Assembly: GCA_016748015.1 (NCBI GenBank)
Contig: JAAOMT010000025.1
Location: 23,133-87,132, forward strand
DNA: 64,000 bases
Direction of reading: 5' to 3'
Source of the DNA: Geosiphon pyriformis uo1
Lineage: Eukaryota; Fungi; Glomeromycota
Made by a program: the position numbers and the translations under genes. Each line of letters begins with the position of its first letter. Position 1 is the stretch's first letter. The notes beneath the pieces are model-generated. The model worked only from the letters and a program-made list of their open reading frames with translations, was not told the origin of the DNA and did no database searches. Below are positions 1 through 13,600 of this stretch, in pieces.

Positions 1-1445
1 TTGGTAGACATTTTTTGGAATATGAGTCAGATCTCTTTGTTGTTTATACTGATAGTTTAATCAAAAATTTTGGTACTGTGAATGCTCATGGTGGTACTGC
101 TGCATACTTTTTAGACATAGACAAAAGTGTTGGGGTTGGGGTGCATGATTTGCTTTCTTTAACTTTAGCAGAATTATAGGCTATTACTTTTGCTTTGAAT
201 TGTGTGCTAGTGTTCAGTTTGGTAATTTTGTATATAGATAGTTAAGCTTTTTTGAATGTTTGTGCCTTGCTTAGGAGTAATACAAGTCCCAATTTTTATA
301 AAAAATGTTGGTTAAAAAAGGAGTGTATCCATCAAACAATTATATTTAAGAACTTGTCAATTAGTTAGAACAAGATCAAAAGTTATTTTAGAGTTGTTGG
401 CAATGAGTGTGCTGATCTTCTGGTTGATGCTACCACTAAATCTAATTTTGTGCTGCCTGTAGATATGTCATGCCACTTCTTGATTATCAAAAACATACCT
501 GTTTCTGGGAATGTTTGTCACTTTGTTAAGTGTTTTTTTAATGCTATAAGTTTTGTTGATTGAGAGTCCAAATGCACTAAGTGTTTTGTGAATAGTAGTC
601 TGTATAATAAGTTTTATATAAATCAAATCTTTAATGTGTGATATCCCAATAGTAAATGTTGTTTTGGGTTCACTAACTCTGTTTCTGTGGTGCTTAGGTT
701 TTACTTTATAAAGGTCTTGTATTGCCAATTATCTGTTGTCAAAAGAAAAAGACTGTATAATTTGAAATATTTCAGTGTTCTGTGTATTTGCTGTGGTCTG
801 GTCAAAAACTCTAACCATATATTTTCTTGTATTTATGATGCACATACCAGGAAAAATCTTATTGATAAGACTATTGATTATTGGAATGATCTGCTAAGTG
901 TCTGTACTGTTAGAAGTATGGTAATAGGTTTTTTGTACAAAACTGATTTTTCTAATTAGTTGTACATGTCTTTGGCCAAAGGTTTCATAATGAATGAATA
1001 GATAGTAGTTCCAATAATGTATTTCTGATCATTTATTTGGTCTGGGGTTTCACTAAGAGTCACAGATCTACTATGTAACTGCTGACTACCAAATTAAAGA
1101 TACATTATAAAAAACTGAGTTTCTTGCCACATGATAAATCTACAGTGCTAATAGTGTCTAGTTTAGCTTTTTCATGGCCTCTTAGTAAGGTTTTTGATTT
1201 TGGCATTAGATTTGGCATCCATGTTTGTTTTAGTTTGCATTCCCATCTATCTAGTATAAATTTCAGCTTCTTATATAACTTCTCTGTTGTAATTAATTTA
1301 GGTGTTTAGTGTTGTCTTAATTGGTCCAAATGGCTAGTCATGTATGGAAAATACATGAGCCACACTTAATATAAGAACTTATATGATTTTGTAGCTTTAA
1401 GTAGTAATTGGGCTATACTTGTTAAATACTTAATAAAAAAAAATT
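1..1445 (+). mobile_element. LINE copy A, 3' part (RNase H, C-terminal Cys motif, 3' UTR, poly-A); degenerate
   Basis: Manual translation gives an RNase H-like series (VYTDS..., TLAEL*AI, LYIDS, GNECADL) and LCICCGLVKNSNHIFSC, collinear with ORF2 of the LINE at 48552-53239. The 3' UTR (about 1310-1433) matches the other LINE tails, followed by an A-run at about 1434-1445. Confidence 0.9.
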
Positions 1446-3500
1446 AAAAAAATAAAGTAATTATCAATTTATTTTTATTGTTTTTATAATATTTAAAAGT
1501 TTTTTGTATTAGATATTATAATTATTAAATAGTTTATTATAGAAAAAATCAGAATTTATAAATTGACTTAACTATAGTTTAATTTTATTATTAGCTTTTT
1601 TTTTTTTTTCTATAATATATTAATATAATTTTATTATTTTTGTTTTATAGTCTATTTTTTTGAAATTTTTTACAAATTATAAACTTTTAAAAAAAATTTA
1701 TTAATTAAATATTAGTTTAATAACTTTATGATATAATTTTCTAGTCTAATTTTTTATTATTTTTATTTCTATTATTAAAATTCTAGTCTTTATTAAAGCA
1801 TATTTAAGTTTTAATTATATTTAAAACTTAATAACTTTTTATTAGTCTTAAATTTATAGTTATTTTTTAAAGTATATTTTTATTCTAATTATATTACTCA
1901 AATTATGATTAAAATTTATTTGTTATTAAAAGTATTATAAACAGATTATGTTTTATTTCTGTTTTTTAATATATTTTATGTAAATTTAAACGGTTTTTAT
2001 TACTAATATTAATATTTACACAAAGCATTTTTTTAGTTTTTTATAAAAGTTTTTTAGAATTCTAATTATTATTATTATTATTTTAAAAAAAATTAATATT
2101 TTTTTTAGAAAACAATTTCTAAATATATATTTTTTATGCAAATTAATAATTAGTTTTTTACTTTGATTTATATTATAATATCAAAAAAATCAATAATTAA
2201 ACTTTATATTTGTTAGTATAAATAATTAAATATTTTTTTATGTAAAATTATAATTTAATTATTAAGTGATTTATTTAAAAAAAAAATTTCAAAAGTTTTT
2301 GTTTTATTTTTTTAATAATTACAAAAACTACAATTTTAATAAATTAAAAAAAATACTTATAAAAGTTAATAATAAATTTAAAAGATTTAGTTCAGAATAA
2401 TGCCTAAAAACAAATATATAAATAAATTAATATTAATAAATTAATTAGAAAAAAAACTGGTTTTTGGTTTTATAATTGAAATATATAGTTTTATAATTAT
2501 TTTTTAACAAGTTTTTAGATATTAACATTAATAATTTAGTAAAATTAAAAATTATTTATTATAAAATTAGTAAAATATTTTTTTAAATTGATATAAATTA
2601 TTATTAAAGTTAATAATAATTATTAATACATAATTGTTATAAATAAGTAAATATTAAAAAGCATTAAAAATAAAATATTAAATTTTTTAAATTAAGATTT
2701 TTAAAAATTTTGGTAAATTTAATAAAAAAATTAATTAAAATTCAAAAAATAAAAACAGTTATAATAATTTATAACACTAAATAATAATTATTATATAATA
2801 AAATACCAATTTTTTAGGCTTTAATATAAATAAACTGTTTAATTAACTTTGTTTATAAAGTTATATATAAAAAATTAATAGAGTTTTATAACTATAAAAA
2901 AATATTTTCTTAATAATTTTGCTGTTATATTAAATATTAAGATAATTTTAATTATAATATTATAATAATACTAATTTGTTAATTTATATTTTTAATAAAT
3001 AATATGCTTTATGTAAACTATTATATAAAAAATTGTGAAATATTTTCTAATTACTATAAAAATTAAGATTTTTTTGGTCTAAAAAATAAAATAAAAAACT
3101 TTTTTATATTTAATAAAACTTTTAGTACTTGTTATATTTTTTACTAATATATTTTTTATTAAATAACTTAATATTATTTTACTTCTATATAAGTTTTTGT
3201 TTTATAAATATCTATAATTAATAATTAAAAAAAATTTGTTAATATTTAACAAAATAATTTAATACTTGCTATATTTTATACTAAGATAATTTTTATTAAA
3301 ATAATTCAATATTGTTTTATCTTTATATTAGTTTTTATTTTATAAATATTTATGACCAATATTTAAAAAAACTTTTTAGTATCTAACAAAATATTTTAGC
3401 ATTTGCTGTATTTTTATGTTAACAAATTTTTTATCAATTAATATATTTTATATAAATCTTTATATTTTGTAAACTGCATAAAATTAATACTTAATAAAAA
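1446..3500. other. Extremely AT-rich, unidentifiable sequence (probably old, transition-eroded DNA)
   Basis: Very few G/C bases and no ORF of 60 aa or more in the ORF track. I could not recognise any homology. Confidence 0.5.
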
Positions 3501-3651
3501 AAACTTATTTTTTTCTTATGTCTAAATTTTCCAAAGAGCAATTTTTTTGAAAAAAATTTTTTTATTTTGTCTTCCTATTTATATTATTTTCAATATTTTT
3601 CAAGGTAATAATCCTTTTATAATGAATTTAAAGACTGTTTTAAATAGTAAT

Positions 3652-5488
3652 ATGTTAAAAAAAAAAGCTTTTAAAGATGTTTTTTATGATTCTGTTGTTA
3701 GTATTTTCTCTCAAAAAAAAAGATCTCTGTTGGCAATATTAAATACTCTAAAAATAAAATAAAATTTTTTTAATCAAACTTAATATTGTTAATAATGTCA
3801 TATTTGAATATAAATAGTGTGTTTAGTAATAATAAGATTGGTAATACTATAGTAAATTCAGGTAGTAGTTTTCTTCATGGTTTGACTGCAACAACTTCCA
3901 AAGCTAGAAAAATTAATATGAGTTTGAATAGTGGCTCTTTTATTAATATAATTGACCTTATAATAGATAAAAAAAAAGTTCTCTCTTTTTTTCTCTTAAT
4001 ATTTTTCTTGACAAAAAGTGGATTGACCTTAAAATAGTAAAAACTCAGATCAAAGTAACTGTTAAGAAATTTTTTACATTAGACATTAATCTATTAGCTA
4101 TAAAAAAAAATTAGCAACAGCAAAAATTTAGCTTATTAGAAAAATTTTTCAGCAATTAATAGTTTTGGGAAGACTATTATTCCCTCAAAATTTAAAAAGA
4201 TCATTAGATCTATGTTTTCATTAGAAAAAAGCATGGAAAAGACTGTATTATTGGCTAAGAAAAAAAGAATCAAAGTAAATAGCAATCTTAAAAAACAAAA
4301 AATTAATTCAAATTAAGCTGTAGTATCAAGAAGATTCTTATAGATATGTTAAAAGAATGATTGTTATTGCAATAACTGAGTTTGATAAAATAGTGTTAAT
4401 CTGATTATAACTAATTGGGTTATAACAAAAAACTGTAGTAGAATTTATCAAATTAAATTAGTCTGAACAGTTGGCATTAAAATAGTTTTTCTTAATTGGG
4501 AAGAATTTGGTACATGTGGCTATGGCCATAGAAAATTGTAGTACTTAGATGTTTAGAGATTGTTTTAGGGTGCTTTTATTTACTTTTTTCATGGAAACCA
4601 CTACTTATAATCTTGAATTTCTTTTGAAAAAAGCTGATGAAAATACTTGTATTATTAATCAATTATTTGAGACTGGCAATAAAATCCATTGTACAATAAT
4701 TGGTTTTAAATTTAATAAGAAATTAAAATTTGTTTTCTGTATAAAGCCAAATTTTGGTAATATAAAACTATCTTGAACTAAAATAGATTTGATTTGATGC
4801 AAAAAGTATGGGAAGTTTAAACATTTTGCTTTAATGTGTGATATACTAAATACATTTACTTTTAAGCTTTTGAAAATATTTAAAAGAATTGCTTTAGATG
4901 CAAATTGTCTTTAATTGGCTAAATTGTATACAAAAAAGTGTTTCTATCTTTTATCTTGCTGCCTTTGGTGACAAATCTTGGACACAGATGGTTTCATTTG
5001 CTGTCATTTCTAATAATACTCCAGTTTTGGTTTTGAATTCTTTTCTTTTAATAGATTATATATTAAAAAAAGTTTTATAGTTGCTTAAAATAATTTATAT
5101 ATTAGTGTTTACTTGGCTTTTTTAGAACGTTTTTTAGAGCTTTTGGCTAATCAAGTATCTTAAGTATTGTGTAAAAACTAAGCAGTATAGACCTGGTGCT
5201 CTTGGTGTCCACTTCTTAATTTTTTTTTGATGTGTTTGTTTTTCTGAATTTAGGGTTAAATTTGGATATGACTTTGAACAATTTATTTAAGCTGTTTGCT
5301 TTTTTTTCTTCAATTGCAAATAATATGGTTTTAAATTTGGGTTTGAGCAGTTTAAAAGTCTTGACTATTAAGATAGATAGATTAAATCTAAAATAGTGGT
5401 TTTTAAAGTTTTTGTCAGTTCAGTTTTGGTGAGATTAAATTAATTGTATACTGGTTCAGATTTTTTAACATTTTTTTTATTTAAATAA
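3652..5488 (+). pseudogene. LINE B ORF1 (RRM-like domains plus CCHC-like knuckle)
   Basis: Collinear with ORF1 of LINE C (KFFTLDINLLA, FLIGKNLVHVA, GENTCII-like and FGDKSWTQMV segments). Many stops and frameshifts. Confidence 0.8.
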
Positions 5489-8400
5489 CTGATTTAGTTT
5501 GGAAGTTTACTACATGTTATGTTCAAGGTCTTAACATTCCTACAAAGCAGAAAAACAGTGTTTATTGGTATGTAAACTTGAGTAATATGATTTTAATTAT
5601 CACAGAAACAAAATTGAAATCTAATATTAGGCTTTAACTATTAAACAAGTTTGATAAGATGCAGATTTTCATATCTGGTTTAGATAAAAATTTTTTTAGT
5701 ACTAAGATAACTATTATTGTAAACAATTTTTTGGTTTAATATGTTTTTAAGGTAGAGAAAATTCCTGGTTAAATTATTTCAGTAAGGCTTCTGTTTAAAA
5801 AGAAATTGTTAGTTATAATCTTAAGTTTATATGTTAATGCTTTTGCTAAAGTAAGATTTAATCAGGCATCAAAAGTCAATTTTTTTATTGCCAAAACAGT
5901 TAACTCCAATACTTTTATGGTAGTGGGTAGAAACTTCAATAAAAATAGTTTAAAAAGAAGTACAAGTTTTAAATTTTGTTTGAATTTGGATTTGGTCAAC
6001 TTATTTAGTAGGTATTTATTGGTTAAAGCTTTAACTTGGAGCAATTTAAAAGGTGTCAAAAAAGTTAATTCTGTGTTCACATTTTTCAACACAAATCACA
6101 AAGCTGTCTTAGTGTTGATTGATTTGGATAGGCTCTTGGGTGTTTATTTAAATGACTTATACAAACAAGCTAATAAAAGTTATTGAAAGTTTAAAATTAA
6201 GGATACAGATTATGCCAAGTAAATACAATTTAAAGAATGCTTTTCTGTCAAGCTTTTGGTAATAGAGAATAAGTTTTCAAATACTAAGACTTGTAGTGAT
6301 TTGAATATTATGTAGATACTGATAAAATATTTTCAAAACATTGGTTCAGTAAATTTTAGTATTCAAAAAACAAGCAGTTTTCTAAGTTTTTTGGATTAGA
6401 ACTTTTGATTGTCAAAATTGTTAGAAAGTTAGATTTAGATAACATGTTTGGATTTGATTGTTTTATTAAAAAATGGTCAACTTTGGGTAGAAATAAGACT
6501 ATTATAATTGTAAACATAATATGAAATAGTAAAAAGTTTATGAATATCATTAAATATTTGTCATCTGTTTATAAAGAGTACAGAAGATTTAAGATATACA
6601 AGTTAAAATTGGCTGAAGAGGTGGTTATCAAAAAAGCAATTAAGAAACACATAAAAAATTTTAGTTCTAATAAAGATGGTATGATTAAGAGCATTTTGAA
6701 TCAGCTTTTCACAAAGTAGTTTTGGATTATTTAATGGTAGATAGTAAGCTAATTTTGAAGCTAGAAGAGATAAAGCTCAGTGTTTATATGATTATGAAAA
6801 GTTGGATAAGGAAGAAGATTGTGTTTGTAACAATATCTGATCTTTGGGCTTGTTAATATGTACTGTTAAATTACATAAGAGATGATGTTTTTTCTGGTGT
6901 AATAAGAAAAGTCAGTATAGAAAAATTGTTTTTGGTTATTAATAGTTTGCTTAATGGCAAGGCTGTTAACTTGTCTGGCATTTTTAATGAACTTTAGAAG
7001 CATAATAACAATAAGATAATAAAATGTTTTTTGGATTTGTTGAATACATGTTTGTCTATTGGTAGTGTATTTGCTTTATAGAAAAAAACTTAGATCTTAA
7101 TAATTCCTAAATTTTATGATTGGAATAAGGTTCTCATTAATACTCAACCTATTGCCTTGATTAAAATTGCCAGAAAGATTGTTTCTAAGATTTTATCTAA
7201 TTGGATTTTATTTGCATGTAACAAGTTTAATGTTCTTTATAATTATAATTTTTTGGTTTTAAAGAGTATATTTACTTAGTTTTTTGTGTTTGTTGTTAGA
7301 TTAATAATTAAAAATGCTTTAAAAAAAAATAAGAAACTCTAGTTGGTCTCACAAGATATGTGCAAAGCATATGACTCAGTTGGTTGACACCATTTAAAGA
7401 CTAGCTTGTGATGGAATCAAATGTGTAATAAATTTATCAAATTTTTTGGCAGTATACACAAAAATAGAGTCAATAGAGTGATAACTAATTTTGGTTTTTT
7501 GGGTGGTTATAAAGTGCACAATAGATTGGATTAAAATAAAGTTTTCTTGTCTTTTCTGTAGTAAATTTTTTACAATTCACTCTTGTGTGAAATTAAAAGA
7601 CATAAACAGTTGTATAAATACTGAATTAATATTAAGTTTATGGCAAAAACTGGCAGGATTGAAAACAGTAATAAGATGCTCTTCTTTTTCACAGCTGGTA
7701 TATTTGTTAATAATACAATTTGAATTAGGAATAGTCAGACTTCTATACAGTATACTTTGAACATTTTTAGTGAATTTTTTATAATCAATAATATTTTGAT
7801 CAACAATGAAAAAATAGTAACTATTTCTATTAATCAGAATGTTAGAATTGTTTTTTTAAATATTAGCAGTCAGTTGATTTTAATTGCTAAAAAGAGTAAA
7901 GCACATAAATTTTTAAGAATCTTTTTGTTGACTAAAGAATTGTCCAAGCCAAGTATAGCCAAGACTTATTCTGATGTTCAGTTTTTTATTAATGTAGTGT
8001 TCAGGAAAGCTATTATAGATAAGCAGTTCTCTTATTTGGTATTAGTTGTTCTGCAATCCATAGTTAGTTATAGAACTTAGTTTAGTTTTGTCTTATCAAG
8101 TATGTGTTACAAATAAAATAATATAATTAGAAAAAGCTTTAAGTTTAAAGTCTGCTTGCTCCATAATCTCTCTAGTAAGGTTTTACATCATTATTTTTTG
8201 TATGGTCTGAAATCATTTAAGCAAATGCAATTTGAAAGAAAATTGACTATCTTGATTTTTTTTTCTAATGCTTTTAGTTGGACATTTATTTAATCATAGA
8301 TTTTTAAATTTACAGATTATAAATTGAACTTTTCTAAATTTTTTGCAATTTTTTATCAAGTTATATATTAGTCTAGTAAACAATTTTTTAGCTGGGGTGA

Positions 8401-9761
8401 TAAAGTTTTTTTTTGCTAATAAGTTATTTTGATAAACAATCTTCTTAATGCTTTTTATAGTTCTGGTAATTTTTCTATGTCAGTAATTTTAGGGAAGATC
8501 TTGTATTTTGGCTTTGTTTATTCTTTGAAACACTTTGAAATTGCTTTTAGTAATAGGTTTTTTGATAAAAAAAGTGTTGTAATGAACTGGATGACTTTTT
8601 ATTGATGGAAAATATTAGATCTTAAAGGCCCTGTGTTTTATTGGTTTGAGTTTATATCTAAATTTTTGCATGATAAAAATTTTTTGTTGAGTAATTTTGC
8701 TAAAATCAATCAGTTATTAGACTTAAAAATTTTGGAATCCAAGAGGTTTTTTAACATTTGGAATAGTTTACATGAAATTTGGTTTGGCTTATTTGATGTT
8801 TATACAGATAATTTATTAAAAGATGGTGGCTTTGCTAATATAACTAGTAAACAGCTGTGTATTTTTTTGCTATAGATATAGATATTGAAATTGGAGTATA
8901 TAGGCTTTTGTCATCTACTATGGCTGAATTACAGACTGTTGCTCTGTTCTTAAAGTGTATTCCATTTTTCTGCATGATAATTTTGTACTTTAACAGCCAA
9001 GTTGCAATTAATACATGTGTGTTTGAGATGTTGTTTGTTGTATTAGACTTTTATAATTGTTGTTGGTTAGAAAAAAAACATATTGTTAATTTGATTAGAG
9101 ATAAGAATTTTATAGTAAGATAAGTAAAAGTCAAAAGTTATTTAAAAGTGTCTAATAATGTAAAGACTAATGCTATAGTAGATAAAACTGTTTATTTTTC
9201 TTTTTTTTTGTTAGTAGAAGTGCGAAAATGTTTTTGGGTTGCTGAAAATACTGTTGTATTAGGCAATACTTATTATTTTATTAGAAATTTGTTTAGATCT
9301 ATTTGTTATATTTATTAAGAAACTGGTTCTGGTCATAATGTAATTCTGAATTAACTAAAGATATAGATTAAACTACTACTGTAAGAATATAATATTCTGA
9401 TTTACATATGTTTTCTGAGTTTATTAGTTGAAAGTCTTCTAATCTGTGTATATATTTAATAAAAGCTATATATAAATGACTACTAATAGTAGTTAAAAAA
9501 AATTGTATGATAAATGATATTCTGGTATACTATGTTTGCTGTGTGATAAAATGGAGTTCTCTGATCATGCTTTTACATGTGTTTAGGATGTTAATATTTA
9601 AAAAAAAATTTTAATTAAAGTATTTGTGTATTGAATTGCTTTGGTAAAAGTTTGTGATCTGTCTTCTTTTATTATTTTGTGAACACTTTCTAGATTTTTT
9701 TCAGATATAAGTCTGTATACAATAGTTTGTAAGAAATTTGTGTTAAGAGATTAATATACAG

Positions 9762-10633
9762 TATTATTAGTAGAATATAGAAAATATATTAACATATAAA
9801 TTAGCCAATCAAAAGTAGCTGTAGTAAATGTGGAATTTCAGAATTTCTCTCAGAATAATTGCAAAATTCTAGGAATTTCAAGATTCTCATACAAGAAATT
9901 ACAGAATTGCAAAATTCCAGAATTTTTTTCAAAAGAATTGCAGGATTCCAAGAATTTTAGGATTTTTGGTGTGAAAAATTGAGAAATTAAAGAATCTCAA
10001 TTATGTATATATAGCAGTAGTATTAGAAGTAAAAGGAACAGATCTCTTAGTTTGGATTTGATCTAAGCAATCTTTTTATTCACAAATATCAATAAATAAT
10101 TATTTACTATCTTAATTTATTCCCCACTATTAACACTTCATGTTGATAGTAATTGATATCTAACCACACTAAAACAATAACTCTTGATCATGGCTATTGA
10201 TGAGATATTAACTTGCAATTGCCTTGGTTTATTTTCTTTATTTTTTTTGTTATCTCTTTTATTTTTTTTTCTGTATTTTTATTTGTTGTGTACTAATTGA
10301 TTAAAAAATTAAAACACTGAGTTATTGACATTATGAATAGCCTGGTAAAAGACCTAGAAATAAGGGTAGAATTATATATAGATTAATGGATAATTTACCA
10401 GAAGAGCATGACTGTTAGATTAAACCAGCCACCATGCTGAAGACAAAAATTGGGAAAATGACTTGAGAAATCAACCAAAACCAACTATAAGAATCTCTGT
10501 TTATTATATAAAAAACTTAACCAAAACCTTCAGATACTAACAATCTTCAGATATCACCAACTATTTCAAGCTATTAAACACCAAGTTACAGGTTTGTTAT
10601 TTGCTTTGAGACTCCAAATAATTACCTATAATA
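9762..10633 (+). repeat. Gypsy-1 5' LTR
   Basis: Direct repeat of 18978-19836. The termini TATTAT...ATAATA are transition-mutated TGTTAC...GTAACA. A GGAATTCC-type repeat array is followed by a TATA-like tatgtatatatag at about 10002. Confidence 0.95.
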
Positions 10634-10635
10634 TT

Positions 10636-10652
10636 TGGTGCTCTTTGTAAGA
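10636..10652 (+). promoter_or_regulatory. Primer-binding site (TGGTGCTC...)
   Basis: Lies 2 nt after the LTR end and is complementary to a tRNA ending ...GAGCACCA. Eukaryotic tRNA-Ile(UAU) and fungal elongator tRNA-Met end this way; I cannot tell which. The same PBS occurs in Gypsy-2. Confidence 0.8.
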
Positions 10653-10696
10653 TATAATCCTACAGAAAACCAGTACCAACACACAACCATCTAAAA

Positions 10697-13600
10697 GTGG
10701 CAGAACTAAAAAAAATAGGGACAAACTATTTAGGATTTACCAAATTCTTATTCCAATACTACTTTCTACATTTGGAATTAACCAACAATTACCTATTAGC
10801 AGAATTAGCCTTCAACTTTTATGTCAACAAAAGAATTTTATATTTGTTAAAAGTACTAATAGAAACCAATTTAGCAAGTAGAAATTTTTACAATGAATTA
10901 ATTCAAAATACCAGCCTACAAACAAACTATAACTTCACAGCAATCTTTACTAAAATCAATAAAAAAATTGAATATCACACTCAGCAAAGATATCTAATCA
11001 CTTACACAAATAAGAGTAAAGAAAAACTACAAACACCAACAGTAATACCCCAAGAGATACAACTATCCACTTGGAAGAAAACAAGAGTTAAATCACCAAC
11101 TAAATCATCATATCACTATACATCTGAAAGTGCCATCAATATTTTGTTAGCAAACATGTCTACATCAAACACAATATCAACATTTGAACAACTCCTATTT
11201 TAAAGTAAACAAAAAAAAGCAAAATTGTTAGGAACTTACAGTAATTACTTTGAAAAATTCAAATCACAATCTCCAACACCATCAGAATTTCAATTACCAC
11301 CATTTTAACCAGATTTCAAAGCCACAAGTTCTTGGAAAATAACCAAATCAGAAGAAAAGGAGAACAATAATCAGAAATTTAATTACCAGAATCTGATTGT
11401 AGAAAACCTGGAAATTGAAACCCTGAATATTCAAACTCAGAAAAATTGGAACAATACTAACCCTAATAATTAGCAAAATCAGAACAATCTAAACTCTAAC
11501 ATTAATAATTAACAACACTTATCTTTAGTAATTGTTATCAACCCACCACCAGTTGCTGCATAACAACAGCCACCACCACAACCTCAAATTCAGTTACCAC
11601 TCCAATAACAACAACAACAACAACCAAACTTAGATCCAATAGTCTATGCCCCAATAGCAAAACTTGAAAGGTTCACAGGTAAAAAAGATGACATCCAAAT
11701 ATGGCTCAACAATATTAAAAAAGCCATCACAGCCAATAGATAAAATGACACAAAAGTCTTTCAAGTCATTCCATATTTTCTTTAGGATACTGCTGACTTG
11801 TGATATTAAAAACTCCAAACTTTTGATGCATTCAAGCTAGAATTTCTAAGATATTTTAGTAATAACAACAGCATTAATTGCTTGGCTAATACATTTACTA
11901 CTATTAAGCAAGAAGACACAGAAACAGTTACCATTTACTTGAAATAGTTTCATCAAAATCTATACTAAATCCAAGCCATTGACACTGATTATTTCACAGT
12001 AGCCCAAATTTTGAATCAGTTTATCCACAGATTACACAGTAGCATATTGCACATGTACATCCATTACATCCAGCCAATTTTCAAGCTATAATTACCCATA
12101 CCAGAGATTTTGAAGCCACTGAATTAGAAGCCAATCATGCCCAAGCCATTAATCTAATAATGAATAGATCATCTGAATTGAATTCTAAATTAAAACAATT
12201 CAGTAATTTAATTAATCAGAAACTAGAAAAATACTTAACTGACAATTGTGCAATTTATCAGCCACTACAATGATGCAATAATTCAGGAAACATAAATCGT
12301 TTCCAAAATCAGTCACATTCCTCATCCTCAATCAATCAACAATGACAACAAAAAACATGTAATTGTCACTATTGTGGAAAACAAAGACACTTACAAATTA
12401 ACTGCCACTGTTGCTTAAATAACCAATGATTGGGAAATCTATATTGAAACCCTGATTGCCAGTTTCAAACTCCGAGTTACCAACCAAATTCAGAACCATA
12501 CCATCAAAATTACTTACTAATAATACAGCAACCAATATATCAACTGCCAATATATCAGACTTCAGCACCCATAATATATCAACTGCAGCCACAAGTAATA
12601 TATCAGTCTTAACAAACTTAAACACCACCACAAAACTTATCTCAAAATGAAACCCAAAGGCTGAGAATAACACAACAAAGCTGGAGATCAGCAATAGTAG
12701 TTCATCAACCAATCTCCAGTTCTTTAACCCAATAATTAGGATCTTGACAGTGGAATTCAGACACTGAGTACACTTAAAACCCAAATTTTCAATACTATTT
12801 AAGTCTTCTAGTAACCCCAGAAGACATCTTATCCAATAACCAGAAAACCAACTACAACCAAATACCTATCAACAACATTTCACCAGCCACTGTTATAGAA
12901 GACAAATCACTTACAGCTATATTTTTCTTTGAAATCAAGAAACTGTTAGAAATTTTTTTGTTCAGTAAAGCCACATTCGAAGAAAAATTCATTACTACAA
13001 TATACACTGATGTCAAAGTTAATGGCCACTTTATCAAACTGATCCTAGATAGTGGATCAGCTAGCAGTATTATTATAAGACAACTTATAAACCAATTAGG
13101 TCACTGAGTTGATTGAGCTGCTAGTGCAAGGATAATTATAGCTGATAGAGCCACCAAGACTCTTATTGATAAAATAAATAACTTATTTATTGAAGTCAAT
13201 GACATTATTATACCAATCAAGGTATTAGTTATAAAAGCCACCCAATACCAAGCATTTGTTGATAATGATTGGCTGTCCAAAACAAATATGATGCTTGAAT
13301 AAACCACTTAGGAGTTACAACTTAGTCAGAATGGATAACATATACAAGTACCAGCAACATGTGATCATTTCAAACCCAGCACCAATGTGCTAGCACCACT
13401 CATCAAGTTTGATGACAAAAAAAAAACCTATCTAAGAAGCTTACCAAGTTTTCTGGACTAACAAAAACCACAACAAGCTATCACCAATTTTGATTTGAGA
13501 TAACAGCAGAAAGAGAAAGCAAAAAGAAAAACTTATTTGAAACACCAACCAAACATTGTGGAATGACAGCAATCATAATGAACTGCTGCCAAATTGGGAG

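Noticed and set aside
9830-10000. LTR GAA/TTC arrays as canonical heat-shock elements
   Set aside because: Spacing is mostly GAATTC and TTCnnnGAA rather than contiguous nGAAnnTTCn units, so the assignment is not supportable.
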